A stretch of DNA of 64,000 nt, from the NCBI GenBank assembly GCA_963716385.1, contig OY970305.1:2187614-2251613 (forward strand). The letters are read 5' to 3'. Below the pieces are notes generated by a model, which did not search any database, had not been told where the DNA came from, and saw nothing but the letters and a program-made list of their open reading frames with translations. Shown here piece after piece: positions 44,438 through 56,404 of the stretch. This DNA comes from an uncultured Acidobacteriaceae bacterium. Its GTDB lineage: Bacteria; Acidobacteriota; Terriglobia; Terriglobales; Acidobacteriaceae. The stretch's first letter is position 1. Each line of letters begins with the position of its first letter. Both the position numbers and the translations under genes were made by a program.

Positions 44438-45856
44438 TCAGCTGCGGTGACTTTCTTCCACGGGAATGGAGGCCCCATAGCGCCGGCGCACAAACCACAG
44501 CACCGGCAGGCCGAGCAGGATGAGGGCGGTGCCGATCAGCGAGCCCTCCAGGTTGCCAGCGTAGCTGTAGACCAGCACGGCAGCGGCGCAGATGACGAAG
44601 AGGGCGGGCAGCAGCGGGTAGCCCCACACGCGGTAGGGACGGGCAAGGTCGGGGCGCTTGCGGCGATAGACGAAGACCGTGGTGGCGGTGAGCATGTAGA
44701 AGAGCCATTCGGCAAAGACGGCCAGCTCAAAGTGCTGCTGAAATTGGCTCAGAAAAAGCAGCAGGACGGTGGAGAGCAGCCCCTGCACCACCAGCGAAGT
44801 CGAGGGCGACTGAAAGCGCGGGTGGATGTGGGCAAACTGGCGGAAGAAGAGCCGGTCGCGCGCGGCGGCAAAGGGAATGCGCGCGCCGGACATCACGGTT
44901 CCATTGAGCGTAACGAAGATGCTGAGGGCCATGGCGGCGGCCACAAAGCCCGCGCCGCCGGAGCCGGCGACCACGGAAAGCGCGGCCACAGCAGGGCGCT
45001 CGCTGGCGGCAATCTGCGCGGCGGGCAGGATGTATTGGATGGCGGCGTTGGTGGCCATGAAGAGCGCGCCGACGATAAACAGGCCGCCGATCAGGGCGAC
45101 GGGCAGGCTGCGTTCGGGGTGGCGCACCTCGCCGGCCACCATGGTCAGGTCGTTCCAGCCGTCGTAGGCCCACAGGGTGGCGATGAGCGCCAGCATGAAG
45201 CCGCCAAAGCCGCCCGTGGCGTGGGGCAGCGAGGTGGCGAAGTTGACCCACGTGCCGGAGGCGGAGGCGAAACAAAGGCCTACAACAATCAGGATGAGAA
45301 CGCCTTTGAGAATGGTGAAGACAAGCTGAAATTCGCCCGCTTTTTTAATGCCCAGATAATTCAGCCCGGTCATGAACCACGTGACGGCGATGGCGAACAG
45401 CTGCGACCACAGCAGAGGCAGCGGGCCGCCGATTCCAGGCACTTGCGCGGTCAGAAAGTGAAACGCGGGGAAGAACTCCAGCGTGCGGGCCAGGCCGATG
45501 GTCACGGCGGCGATGGAGGCCGGCTTGGCTACCGCAAACCAGGTCCACATGTAGAGGAAGGCGGGGGTGTCGCCGTAGGCGCCGCGCAGGTAGACGTACT
45601 CGCCGCCGGCGTAGGGCAGCATGGAGCCCAGTTCGGCATAGGTCATGGCGCCGAACAGCGAGAGCAGTCCGCCGATGATCCAGGCCAGATAGACCAGCGC
45701 GGAGGAGCCGGTGTCCCGCATCATCTCGCTGGGCACAAGGAAGATGCCGCTGCCGATGATGGTGCCGACAACGATGGCCGTGGCCTGGCTGACGCCGAGG
45801 ACGCGGGGCAGGTCAGCGGGGACTTGATGAACTGGCGCGGAGGGGGGCTGGCTCAT
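44438..45856 (-). CDS. APC family amino acid permease
   Basis: GTIIGSGIF, YAELG..P.AGGEYVY, WAYDGWND, LARPYRVWGYP. Confidence 0.9.
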   Translation of the reverse strand: MSQPPSAPVHQVPADLPRVLGVSQATAIVVGTIIGSGIFLVPSEMMRDTGSSALVYLAWIIGGLLSLFGAMTYAELGSMLPYAGGEYVYLRGAYGDTPAFLYMWTWFAVAKPASIAAVTIGLARTLEFFPAFHFLTAQVPGIGGPLPLLWSQLFAIAVTWFMTGLNYLGIKKAGEFQLVFTILKGVLILIVVGLCFASASGTWVNFATSLPHATGGFGGFMLALIATLWAYDGWNDLTMVAGEVRHPERSLPVALIGGLFIVGALFMATNAAIQYILPAAQIAASERPAVAALSVVAGSGGAGFVAAAMALSIFVTLNGTVMSGARIPFAAARDRLFFRQFAHIHPRFQSPSTSLVVQGLLSTVLLLFLSQFQQHFELAVFAEWLFYMLTATTVFVYRRKRPDLARPYRVWGYPLLPALFVICAAAVLVYSYAGNLEGSLIGTALILLGLPVLWFVRRRYGASIPVEESHRS

Positions 45857-45961
45857 GCGGTGATGTGAGGGTAGCACGCCAACTGTGGTGGGGCCGGCGG
45901 CCGCCTGCGGTGAGGGCACCGCCGATGCATGCCCCACGGACGATTATGCCAAGCTGGAGCT

Positions 45962-46300
45962 TTACTTTGCGGCCTGCTTCTGAAAGGTGTCTTCGGCCAC
46001 CTGGGCAGCGCCGAGGAGGCTGGCGCCATTCGAACTCGAGATGGCCTCAAGAAGCATGCCGTGGGCGACGCAGGCGATGAAATCGCGGATGTTGCCAGCG
46101 CCGGACAGCGGAGGCATAGCCGCGCGATAGGCGTCGTTGGCGGCGCGATTGGCGGCGAGTGTGCTCATTCCGCTCGCCAGGGCCGCGCTGCGAGCACGCA
46201 CCCCGGCCGCATAACAGCGGGCCACGGCGGCGTTTTCGGAGAAGGGGTTGGAGGCGCTCCCCGAGGTTGAGGTGGTGGTCGATTCTGTGACGATGTTCAT
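45962..46300 (-). CDS. Hypothetical protein (112 aa, Ala-rich)
   Basis: Clean ORF with SD-like GAGGG upstream; no recognised domain. Confidence 0.5.
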   Translation of the reverse strand: MNIVTESTTTSTSGSASNPFSENAAVARCYAAGVRARSAALASGMSTLAANRAANDAYRAAMPPLSGAGNIRDFIACVAHGMLLEAISSSNGASLLGAAQVAEDTFQKQAAK

Positions 46301-46677
46301 GCTGGTTTTTCCCTCGGTGGCCGGGTTGCGGCCACTCTGTTCCTATTGTGCGGGGAACGAGCATAATCTTCTGCAAACCACCTGCGGTGGGGCCACCTTC
46401 AACCCGCGGCGGGGCCGATTGCCTTCGGCTGCCTGCGCCCGGGGTGGTCCGGCTGCGGGAGCCTCCGGCGTCTGCGCGAGGGAGTGATGGAGATCACTGG
46501 CTCGGATGCCGCGGAGGGCTAACATTTCAACCCTGCAGGCGGTCCCGGGCTGGATTCCAGGGGATAGTCCGCGCGATCCGGGCCTTCTGTCCGGGTGGAC
46601 GATGGCTGGGGCGTCAGGCCGAATTTCCCTCATCTGCTCCCGAGTCGTTTGCACTGACCGTCGAGGAGCGGTAGCTT

Positions 46678-47100
46678 ATGAACGCTGTATGTTCAAAATG
46701 CGGAACCGAGCTCACATCATCCTGGAGCTTCTGTCCCCATTGCGGGGCTGCGCGCGCGCACGAAGCGCAGAAAGCGGCAACGCCTCCGCCGCACGAAAAG
46801 GCGCCGGCTCCGGGCGCATACGGCGGGCTGTTGTACGGGGTGATCGTCGCGCCGATGCTGATTATCGTAGGGACATTGTTTTGTTTAACCGGGCTGGGGC
46901 TGTTGATCGGGATTCCCATCATTCTGGCGGGAGTCCTCGCGCCTCTGCTGGGGCCGCTGATCGGGATGGGTGAGCACAAGCGTAAATGCCCCGCGTGCGG
47001 AACCCGGCTGATTGGTATCGTCGATGCGCGCGTTCATCAATGCCCGGCATGCAACCGGAGGCTGGTGGTGCAGGGTCGGAAGCTGGTGGAGGCGGAGTAA
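46678..47100 (+). CDS. Double zinc-ribbon membrane protein
   Basis: CSKC..CPHC at the N-terminus, two TM helices, CPAC..CPAC at the C-terminus; SD GAGGAG. Confidence 0.7.
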   Translation: MNAVCSKCGTELTSSWSFCPHCGAARAHEAQKAATPPPHEKAPAPGAYGGLLYGVIVAPMLIIVGTLFCLTGLGLLIGIPIILAGVLAPLLGPLIGMGEHKRKCPACGTRLIGIVDARVHQCPACNRRLVVQGRKLVEAE

Positions 47101-47142
47101 GAATCGCCGGCCGGCGCGCCTTGCCTTTCTCGCCGAGCCCGG

Positions 47143-49077
47143 TCAGCTTGCCGTCTGGGCCTCATGAAAGTGCCTCCAGATCACTTCGGCGGTCTTTCTG
47201 GGGACGACCGCGGCAAGGGATTCGGCGGTGGCCTGCCGCACGTCGCGTAGGCTGCCGAAGTGGGTGAGCAGGCGCTGGCGGGTTTGCGGGCCGACGCCGG
47301 GGATGGTTAATAGCTCTGAATCGCGGTCGCGCATGGCGCGTCGCTGGCGGTGATAGCCGACGGCGAAGCGGTGGCTCTCGTCGCGGATGAGCTGGACGAG
47401 ATGCAGCACCGGCGAGCGGCGGTCGAGGACCACGGGCTCCTGCTCGTTGCCGTAGAGGTAGATGACCTCCTCTTTCTTGGCGATGGAGGCCAGCGGCGGC
47501 TGGGCGAGGCCGGATGAGGTGAAATCGAGAGACTCCAGAGCTTCGGCGGCGGCGTGCAGCTGTCCCAGTCCGCCGTCGATGAGGATCAGCGAGGGCAGAG
47601 GCTGGGCTTTGTTTTTGTCGTCCTTTTCTTCGAGAAGCCGGCGGTAGCGGCGGCGTACGACCTCGCGCATGGAGGCGAAGTCGTCCACGCCGAGGACGGT
47701 CATCACCTTGAATTTGCGATAGGCGGCCTTGTTCATCTTGCCGTCTTCCCAGACGACCAGCGAGGCCACGGTCTCCGCGCCCTGAATGTGCGAGATGTCG
47801 AAGCACTCGATGCGGCGGGGCAGCTCGGGCAGCATCAGGGCGTCGGCCAGGGCCTCCTGAATGGCTTTGCGCGAGGGCTCCAGGACGCGGAAGCGCTGGG
47901 TGTAGGACTGGCGGGCGTTTTGCGCGGCGAGATCGACGAGCGAGCGCTTTTCGCCGCGCTGGGGAACTGCGATTTCGATGCGGTGGCCGGCGCGCTCGGT
48001 GAGCAGGGCGGCCAGGGTTTCGCGGTCGTCGAAGCCTGTGGGGACGAGGACGGAGCGCGGGACGTAATGCCGGCCGATGTAGAGCTGCTTGAGCAGGGCG
48101 GAAAAGACCTGGCCGGCGTGAAAGGCTGCTGAGGGCTCCTCAGGCTTCGTGGTCTCCAAGGTCTCAGAATTGAGGCCTGCGGCACCTGACGCCTCAGCGG
48201 TTTCGAGCGGATGGGGCAGTTCATCCCAGAAGAACTCACGGCGGTCGACGATCTTTCCGGCGCGGACGTGAAAGAGGTTGACGGCCAGTTTGCCGGCCTC
48301 GAAGTGGTAGCCGAAGACGTCGGCGTCGTCGTTCTGCTCGGCGGTGGCGGCGCGCTGTTTTTCCTGGAGCTGGTGGACGGTGGAGATCTGGTCGCGCAGG
48401 CGGGCGGCGGCTTCGAACAGCTCGGCTTCGGCGGCGGACTTCATGCGCGCCGTGAGGGTGCGTTCGAGCTCGGCGTGGCGTCCTTCCAGCAGCAGCCGCG
48501 CGTCGCGGACGGCGCTCGCGTAAATCTCCGGCGTGGTGAGGCCTTCGACGCAGGGGCCGAGGCAGCGGTGAATGTAGTACTGCAGGCAGGCGCGGGGATG
48601 ATAGCGGGAGAGATCGACCTTGCAGCTGGGAATGAGAAAGCTGCGATGGATGAGCTCGACCACACGCCAGGCGAGGCTGCCGGGAAAGTAGGGGCCGAAG
48701 TAGGCCGCGCCATCCTTGAGCAGGCGGCGGGTGACGAAGACCTTGGGAAAGCGGTCGCCCAGCGTGAGCTTCACATAGGGGTAGCTCTTGTCGTCCTTGA
48801 GCAGGATGTTGAAGCGCGGCTTGCGCTCCTTGATGAGGTTGGTTTCCAGGGCCAGCGCCTCGGACTCGTTGGCCACCAGGATGTAGTCCAGATCGACGGC
48901 CTCGCGCATCAGCGAGCCGGTCTTGGCATCGGCCTGGGCCGCCTCAAGCAGGTAGGAGCGGACCCGCGCGCGGAGGTTGTTGGCCTTGCCGACGTAGATG
49001 ACCTGGCCCTCAGCGTTCTTGTAGAGGTACACGCCGGGCTCGGTAGGCAGATTACGGATTTTTTCGTACAGGTCCAT
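47143..49077 (-). CDS. uvrC: Excinuclease ABC subunit C
   Basis: PGVYLYK..IYVGKA (GIY-YIG), PRFNILLKDDKSYPY, RIECFDISH, DGGLGQL, IRDESHRFA, IPGVG (HhH). Confidence 0.96.
   Translation of the reverse strand: MDLYEKIRNLPTEPGVYLYKNAEGQVIYVGKANNLRARVRSYLLEAAQADAKTGSLMREAVDLDYILVANESEALALETNLIKERKPRFNILLKDDKSYPYVKLTLGDRFPKVFVTRRLLKDGAAYFGPYFPGSLAWRVVELIHRSFLIPSCKVDLSRYHPRACLQYYIHRCLGPCVEGLTTPEIYASAVRDARLLLEGRHAELERTLTARMKSAAEAELFEAAARLRDQISTVHQLQEKQRAATAEQNDDADVFGYHFEAGKLAVNLFHVRAGKIVDRREFFWDELPHPLETAEASGAAGLNSETLETTKPEEPSAAFHAGQVFSALLKQLYIGRHYVPRSVLVPTGFDDRETLAALLTERAGHRIEIAVPQRGEKRSLVDLAAQNARQSYTQRFRVLEPSRKAIQEALADALMLPELPRRIECFDISHIQGAETVASLVVWEDGKMNKAAYRKFKVMTVLGVDDFASMREVVRRRYRRLLEEKDDKNKAQPLPSLILIDGGLGQLHAAAEALESLDFTSSGLAQPPLASIAKKEEVIYLYGNEQEPVVLDRRSPVLHLVQLIRDESHRFAVGYHRQRRAMRDRDSELLTIPGVGPQTRQRLLTHFGSLRDVRQATAESLAAVVPRKTAEVIWRHFHEAQTAS
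48156..48186. repeat. Degenerate family-A REP copy inside the uvrC coding sequence
   Basis: CCAAGGTCTCAGAATTGAGGCCTGCGGCACC aligns without gaps to the 31-nt copy at 23065; encodes GAAGLNSETL. Confidence 0.65.
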
Positions 49078-49344
49078 GGTTCGGGTCCGGACCGCCGGCG
49101 CCAGCATCTAGGATAGCGGCTTAGCGGCGCGGAGCAGGGAATCCTTACCTTGCCAGGTAAAAAGTACACGGTCCAGCCCTCCGCACGCTTTTCATGATTT
49201 CGACGTAACCTGCTGATTTGTCAAGAGCTTGCCAGATTGGCCCTGTTTGGTCCTGCGAATGCATTAACACTAGCGACAACAAAGGGATCGCGGTGCATTC
49301 AAGCCCTTGAGGCGAGTGCGGCGAAAGAAAAAGGGGAAGAGACG

Positions 49345-50070
49345 ATGAATCGAATTGCGATGTGGGTTGTAGCTGCTTTGGCGTTGACAGGCGTGACAGG
49401 ATGCGCAACCAAGAACTGGGTGCACACCCAGACGGCTCCACTGGTGGAGCACACTGGTCAACTTGAGGACAAGACGGTGGCCAACGGGCGCGCGATCCAC
49501 GATGTGGACGACCGGGCGCAGGCGGGCATCAAGCAGGCGCAGGGCGCGGCCGACAGCGCCACCCAGAACGCTCAGAATGCCGACAAGGCGGCTGGCGACG
49601 CGGACGTCGCGGCCACCGACGCCGTGCATCGCGCCAACTCGCTGGACAGCGTGGTGAAGGGCCTGGACAACTACAAACCCATGGCCAATGTTACGGTGAC
49701 CTTTGGCTTTGACAAGGCTGTGCTGACCAAGGATGACAAGGCTCAGCTGGACAGCTTTGCGGCGCAGCTCGGCACGGCGAAGAGCTACATTCTTGAAGTG
49801 ACGGGCGGAACCGACTCGACCGGGCCGGCGCAGTACAACTACGACCTGAGCCAGCGCCGCGCCGACGCGGTGGTGCAGTATCTGGCGTCAAAGTACGGGA
49901 TTGCCGCGCACCGCTTTTATCTGATCGGCATCGGCGAAGACAAGGAAGTGGCGCCGAACACGACCGCCGAAGGCCGCAAGAAGAACCGGCGCGTGGAGGT
50001 GCAGTTGCTGACCAACATGAGCGGCGGCGAGCAGACGACTGGAGCGCAGGGAACCGGGACCGGCAGATAA
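49345..50070 (+). CDS. OmpA family lipoprotein
   Basis: Lipobox VTGC, VTFGFDKA, GGTDSTG..YNYDLSQRRADAV, KNRRVEV. Confidence 0.88.
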   Translation: MNRIAMWVVAALALTGVTGCATKNWVHTQTAPLVEHTGQLEDKTVANGRAIHDVDDRAQAGIKQAQGAADSATQNAQNADKAAGDADVAATDAVHRANSLDSVVKGLDNYKPMANVTVTFGFDKAVLTKDDKAQLDSFAAQLGTAKSYILEVTGGTDSTGPAQYNYDLSQRRADAVVQYLASKYGIAAHRFYLIGIGEDKEVAPNTTAEGRKKNRRVEVQLLTNMSGGEQTTGAQGTGTGR

Positions 50071-50132
50071 GCGAATCCGGTGCACGTCGCGGCTGTCCAC
50101 GCGGGCCGCGCGAAAATAGCAGGAGCGAAAAC

Positions 50133-50168
50133 ATCAGGCCATCCGGGCGAGAACCCGGATGGCCTGAT
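50133..50168. terminator. Bidirectional terminator between ompA and pyrE
   Basis: ATCAGGCCATCCGGG-CGAGAA-CCCGGATGGCCTGAT, 15-bp perfect stem. Confidence 0.75.
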
Positions 50169-50202
50169 TGCGTGCTGCGGAGAATCGGCCGCTCGCGGAG
50201 GA

Positions 50203-50832
50203 TCAGGACTTTGCTTGTTCAAGCTGCCTGAGGTGCTCGACGCGGACTTCTGTGGCCGAGAACAGGCGCAGGAAGGGCGCGCCGGCTGCGGCGGCCTCGA
50301 CGGCGGGGCCGCCGTGGGCCTCTTCGCGCTCCACGATGCAGACGACGGCGGCGACGGTCATTCCCGCCTCGCGCGCCGCCTCAATGGCGTGGATGGTGGA
50401 GGCTCCGGTGGTGCAGACGTCGTCCACAATCACCACGCGCGCGCCCTCGCGGCAAAAGCCTTCAATGCGGCGGCCGGTGCCGTGGGCTTTTTCGGTCTTG
50501 CGGACCAGGAAGCCGTGCAGGAGCGGCGGGTTGGGCCGGGACTGCGCGGGACCGGACTGCGCGCGCCAGGCGCTGGCCGTGGCCACGTTGGAGACGATGG
50601 GGTCTGCGCCCAGGGTCAGCCCGCCGACCGCATCGGCGTCGATGGCATTTTCATTGAGAAGGTCGAGAATGGCTTCGCCGGTGAGGCGGCCGCCCTCGGC
50701 GTGCAGCGTGGTGGTGCGGCAGTCGATGTAGTAGTCGCTGGTGGCGCCGGAAGAGAGCTTGAACTGGCCAAGGCGGAAACTCAAGCGGGCAAGCAGGGCG
50801 AGAAGTTGCTGGGCGTGGGTCGGGGTGGTCAT
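50203..50832 (-). CDS. pyrE: Orotate phosphoribosyltransferase
   Basis: FKLSSG..SDYYIDCR, GGLTLGADP, VRK..KAHG, VIVDDVCTTGAS. Confidence 0.93.
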   Translation of the reverse strand: MTTPTHAQQLLALLARLSFRLGQFKLSSGATSDYYIDCRTTTLHAEGGRLTGEAILDLLNENAIDADAVGGLTLGADPIVSNVATASAWRAQSGPAQSRPNPPLLHGFLVRKTEKAHGTGRRIEGFCREGARVVIVDDVCTTGASTIHAIEAAREAGMTVAAVVCIVEREEAHGGPAVEAAAAGAPFLRLFSATEVRVEHLRQLEQAKS

Positions 50833-50898
50833 CGGAATTGATTGTAAAGGGAGGAGGCGCCAGGGATCTCAGGACACGCCCAGCCTGTGCCTGGGCAA

Positions 50899-51956
50899 TC
50901 ACATCTTGTCGAGGTGGCGAAAGCCGCTGGTGCCGAGAAACATGAAGGAGAACAGCAGGAAGTTGTACGAGGCGTGGACCAGCACGCTGGCGGCCAGGGA
51001 GCGGGTGCTGAGCCGGGCCCAGCAGAGGACAACGCTGACGCACATCAGGAGCACGAAAGGGCCCAGCGCGTAGCCCGTCTGATCGGCGTGCATCAGGGCG
51101 AACAGGAAACTGGTGAGGATGGCGGCGATGATCATGGCGGGCATGGACCATTGCGGATGGCTATTCTCGTCGAGCGGAGGGGGCGGCGCGTCGGTGGCCT
51201 TTTCGGCCGTCCAGTCAAACGCCGTGCACAGGGCCGGCAGCAGGAAACCGCGAAAGGCGAGCTCCTCAAAGAACGGGGCCAGGGTGACGCCGAAGACGAA
51301 CAGCATCCACGCCGCGCCGGGCAGGCGAAAGATGCGGTCGATGGGCGCGTCGGACGGCCCAGGCATCACCATGCCGTTGAACATGGCGAGCGCGAAGCAG
51401 ATCATGGCCGCGCCAATGAGCCGCCCACGCAGGCCCAGAGCCGTGGCCCCGCGCCAGTGCAGGCCGGCCAGCAGTCCCTTGTGCCAGAGCAGCGGAAAGA
51501 TGAGAAGGCAGCCGCCAAAAGTAAGCAGGTAAAAGGCGCCCTCGCTTCCCAGTGTGTAATGGATCTCCGTCGCGGCCTGGGCGAGGTTCGTGACGCCGAA
51601 GAGATGGAAATGAAAAGCCAGCCGGGCGACGAGACTGGCGCCAAAGAGGCCGCAGAGGGCGATCAGGATGAGGATGCCGACATGGCCGAGGTTGGGGATG
51701 CGCTCCTCGCGGGGAGCCTCGAGCCTGATGAACTGCCGGAAAAGCTGCGGAGGTTCTCCCGGCGGCACGCCGCACGGGTCTGCGCCCAGGGGGGCCTGGG
51801 GGTCCGGCTGAAGGGAGTCCGGCTGAGGCTCGCAGGATTCGGTCATCCACTGCTTCGGCGGGAACGGGTCGCGCGCAGGACTTTCCTCCTGGGGCGCGGG
51901 GTTCTCCAGCTCAAAAGGAGATGGCTCCGGCAGGCCTGGTTCGTTGTTCATGTCGT

Positions 51957-51960
<4 letters not shown>
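50899..51960 (-). CDS. CPBP family intramembrane glutamic endopeptidase
   Basis: [23 protein letters not shown]; about 8 TM. Confidence 0.87.
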
Positions 51961-54980
<3,020 letters not shown>

Positions 54981-55208
54981 AGGTGAGGCAATGGGAGAGC
55001 GGTGAGCGGGCCCAAATTGGCAATCGGCGATGACCGAATTGAAACACTCCTGAGGGTATTCTATTGGTCAACAGAAAAGGGGGTCAATGGAGTCCGTTTT
55101 TCTGCGACAATCGCAGCAAGAAATGCCTGCCTGTAGCGGGGAATGCCCCGGCAGGTGGGGAGGCTGCTGGGTGCTGCGGACTTTGGAAATCTGACTGAGG
55201 CGGGTTTG

Positions 55209-55376
55209 ATGACGGATTTGTTGAATTTGACGATGTTGATTTGCGCGTCGGTTGGGTCGATGGCATTTGGGGTACTGGCGGGATATGGAATCCTGCGCTC
55301 GGGCTTCGCGCTGCTGCGCCCGCAAAGGCGTGCGATGGCTGTGAAGGCTCGGCCGGAGACGGCGAGCGTTCTTTAG
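55209..55376 (+). CDS. Small single-TM hypothetical protein (55 aa)
   Basis: MTDLLNLTMLICASVGSMAFGVLAGYGILR..; SD GAGG upstream. Confidence 0.55.
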   Translation: MTDLLNLTMLICASVGSMAFGVLAGYGILRSGFALLRPQRRAMAVKARPETASVL

Positions 55377-55840
55377 AGTCCGGGCAGGGATCACGCGGCC
55401 TGACCTCCGGTGCGCGGGTGTGCCCCGGCCGTATGGGGGCAGGTGCTTCTTAACCGCATTCCTGTATTGATCCGCGGCCCCATAACCCCGGTTCTCCTTC
55501 GCCATCCACGCAATTTCAACCAGGGAATAGCTTTGCGGCATTTTCTCCTCTCAGAGGCCATGCGATAAGTTGTGCTGTCAGGGACTTGCATTTGGACCGA
55601 TGCGCGCGTGAAGTTTCGCCGGCGGAAGTTGTTTTCCATGCGTATACCCTATTAGTAACCCGTACCTTGGTCACCAACTACGAACGCTGTTACCCAAAAA
55701 GGTCATTGCAAATCGCTCATTTTATGCTCTAATATCACGACTGCGGTTTCCCCGCCGTGTCTGGTTTTGCGCCCATTCGTGTTCTTTTAGTTGGGGTTAG
55801 GCGCCTGGGTGTCGCTGGTCTTTGTGCATGGAGGAAAGAG

Positions 55841-56404
55841 ATGAGAATTCCAAGCGGCGGGCGCGCGCCGGCATCAACGGACGGGGTCGCAGGCCGTCAC
55901 GGTCTAGCGCCATCGGGAACGACTGGCGAAAACCGTTCCCTGGCTGCCCGGATTCGGGCGTTCTTCGGCTCCGGCAGCGAAGGCGGAGCACTGGTTGAAT
56001 TGGCGGTGACGCTGCCCCTGTTCATGATTATCATGACGGGCATCTTTTCGTTCTCCATCGCCTATTACCAGAAGTTATTGCTGGCTGAGGCGGTCGCCAA
56101 CGGCGGACGTACTCTCGCAGTAGCGAGAGGGTGGCCTGATCCCTGCGCGTCGGCGACGACGGCGATCTATGGGGCAGCGCCGACCCTCAATCCGGCAAAC
56201 ATGACGCTCACTTTCACGCTGAACTCGGTCTCGCAGGGCGCCGGCGTGACGACGTGCCCCGGTGCGAACAACGGCCCGAATGCGAATATGGTCGAGTATC
56301 AACCCGCCCAGATCACCGCAACTTACAAGTGCAATCTCTCGGTCTACGGAATGAAGTTTGCGAACTGCAGTCTTGGGACGACGATCACGGAGGTTATCCA
56401 ATGA
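55841..56404 (+). CDS. TadE/TadG-family Flp pilus pseudopilin
   Basis: Prepilin-like site EG|GALVELA (Glu at +5) followed by a TM helix; SD GGAGG. Confidence 0.82.
   Translation: MRIPSGGRAPASTDGVAGRHGLAPSGTTGENRSLAARIRAFFGSGSEGGALVELAVTLPLFMIIMTGIFSFSIAYYQKLLLAEAVANGGRTLAVARGWPDPCASATTAIYGAAPTLNPANMTLTFTLNSVSQGAGVTTCPGANNGPNANMVEYQPAQITATYKCNLSVYGMKFANCSLGTTITEVIQ

Noticed and set aside
54981-55140. LexA/SOS boxes upstream of uvrA (also checked for uvrC and ruvC)
   Set aside because: By eye I found no GTTC-N7-GTTC, GAAC-N7-GAAC or CTGT-N8-ACAG match; degenerate sites cannot be excluded.
55380-55900. c-di-GMP riboswitch or sigma54 promoter upstream of tadE
   Set aside because: Only fragmentary resemblance; the conserved cores were not found by eye.
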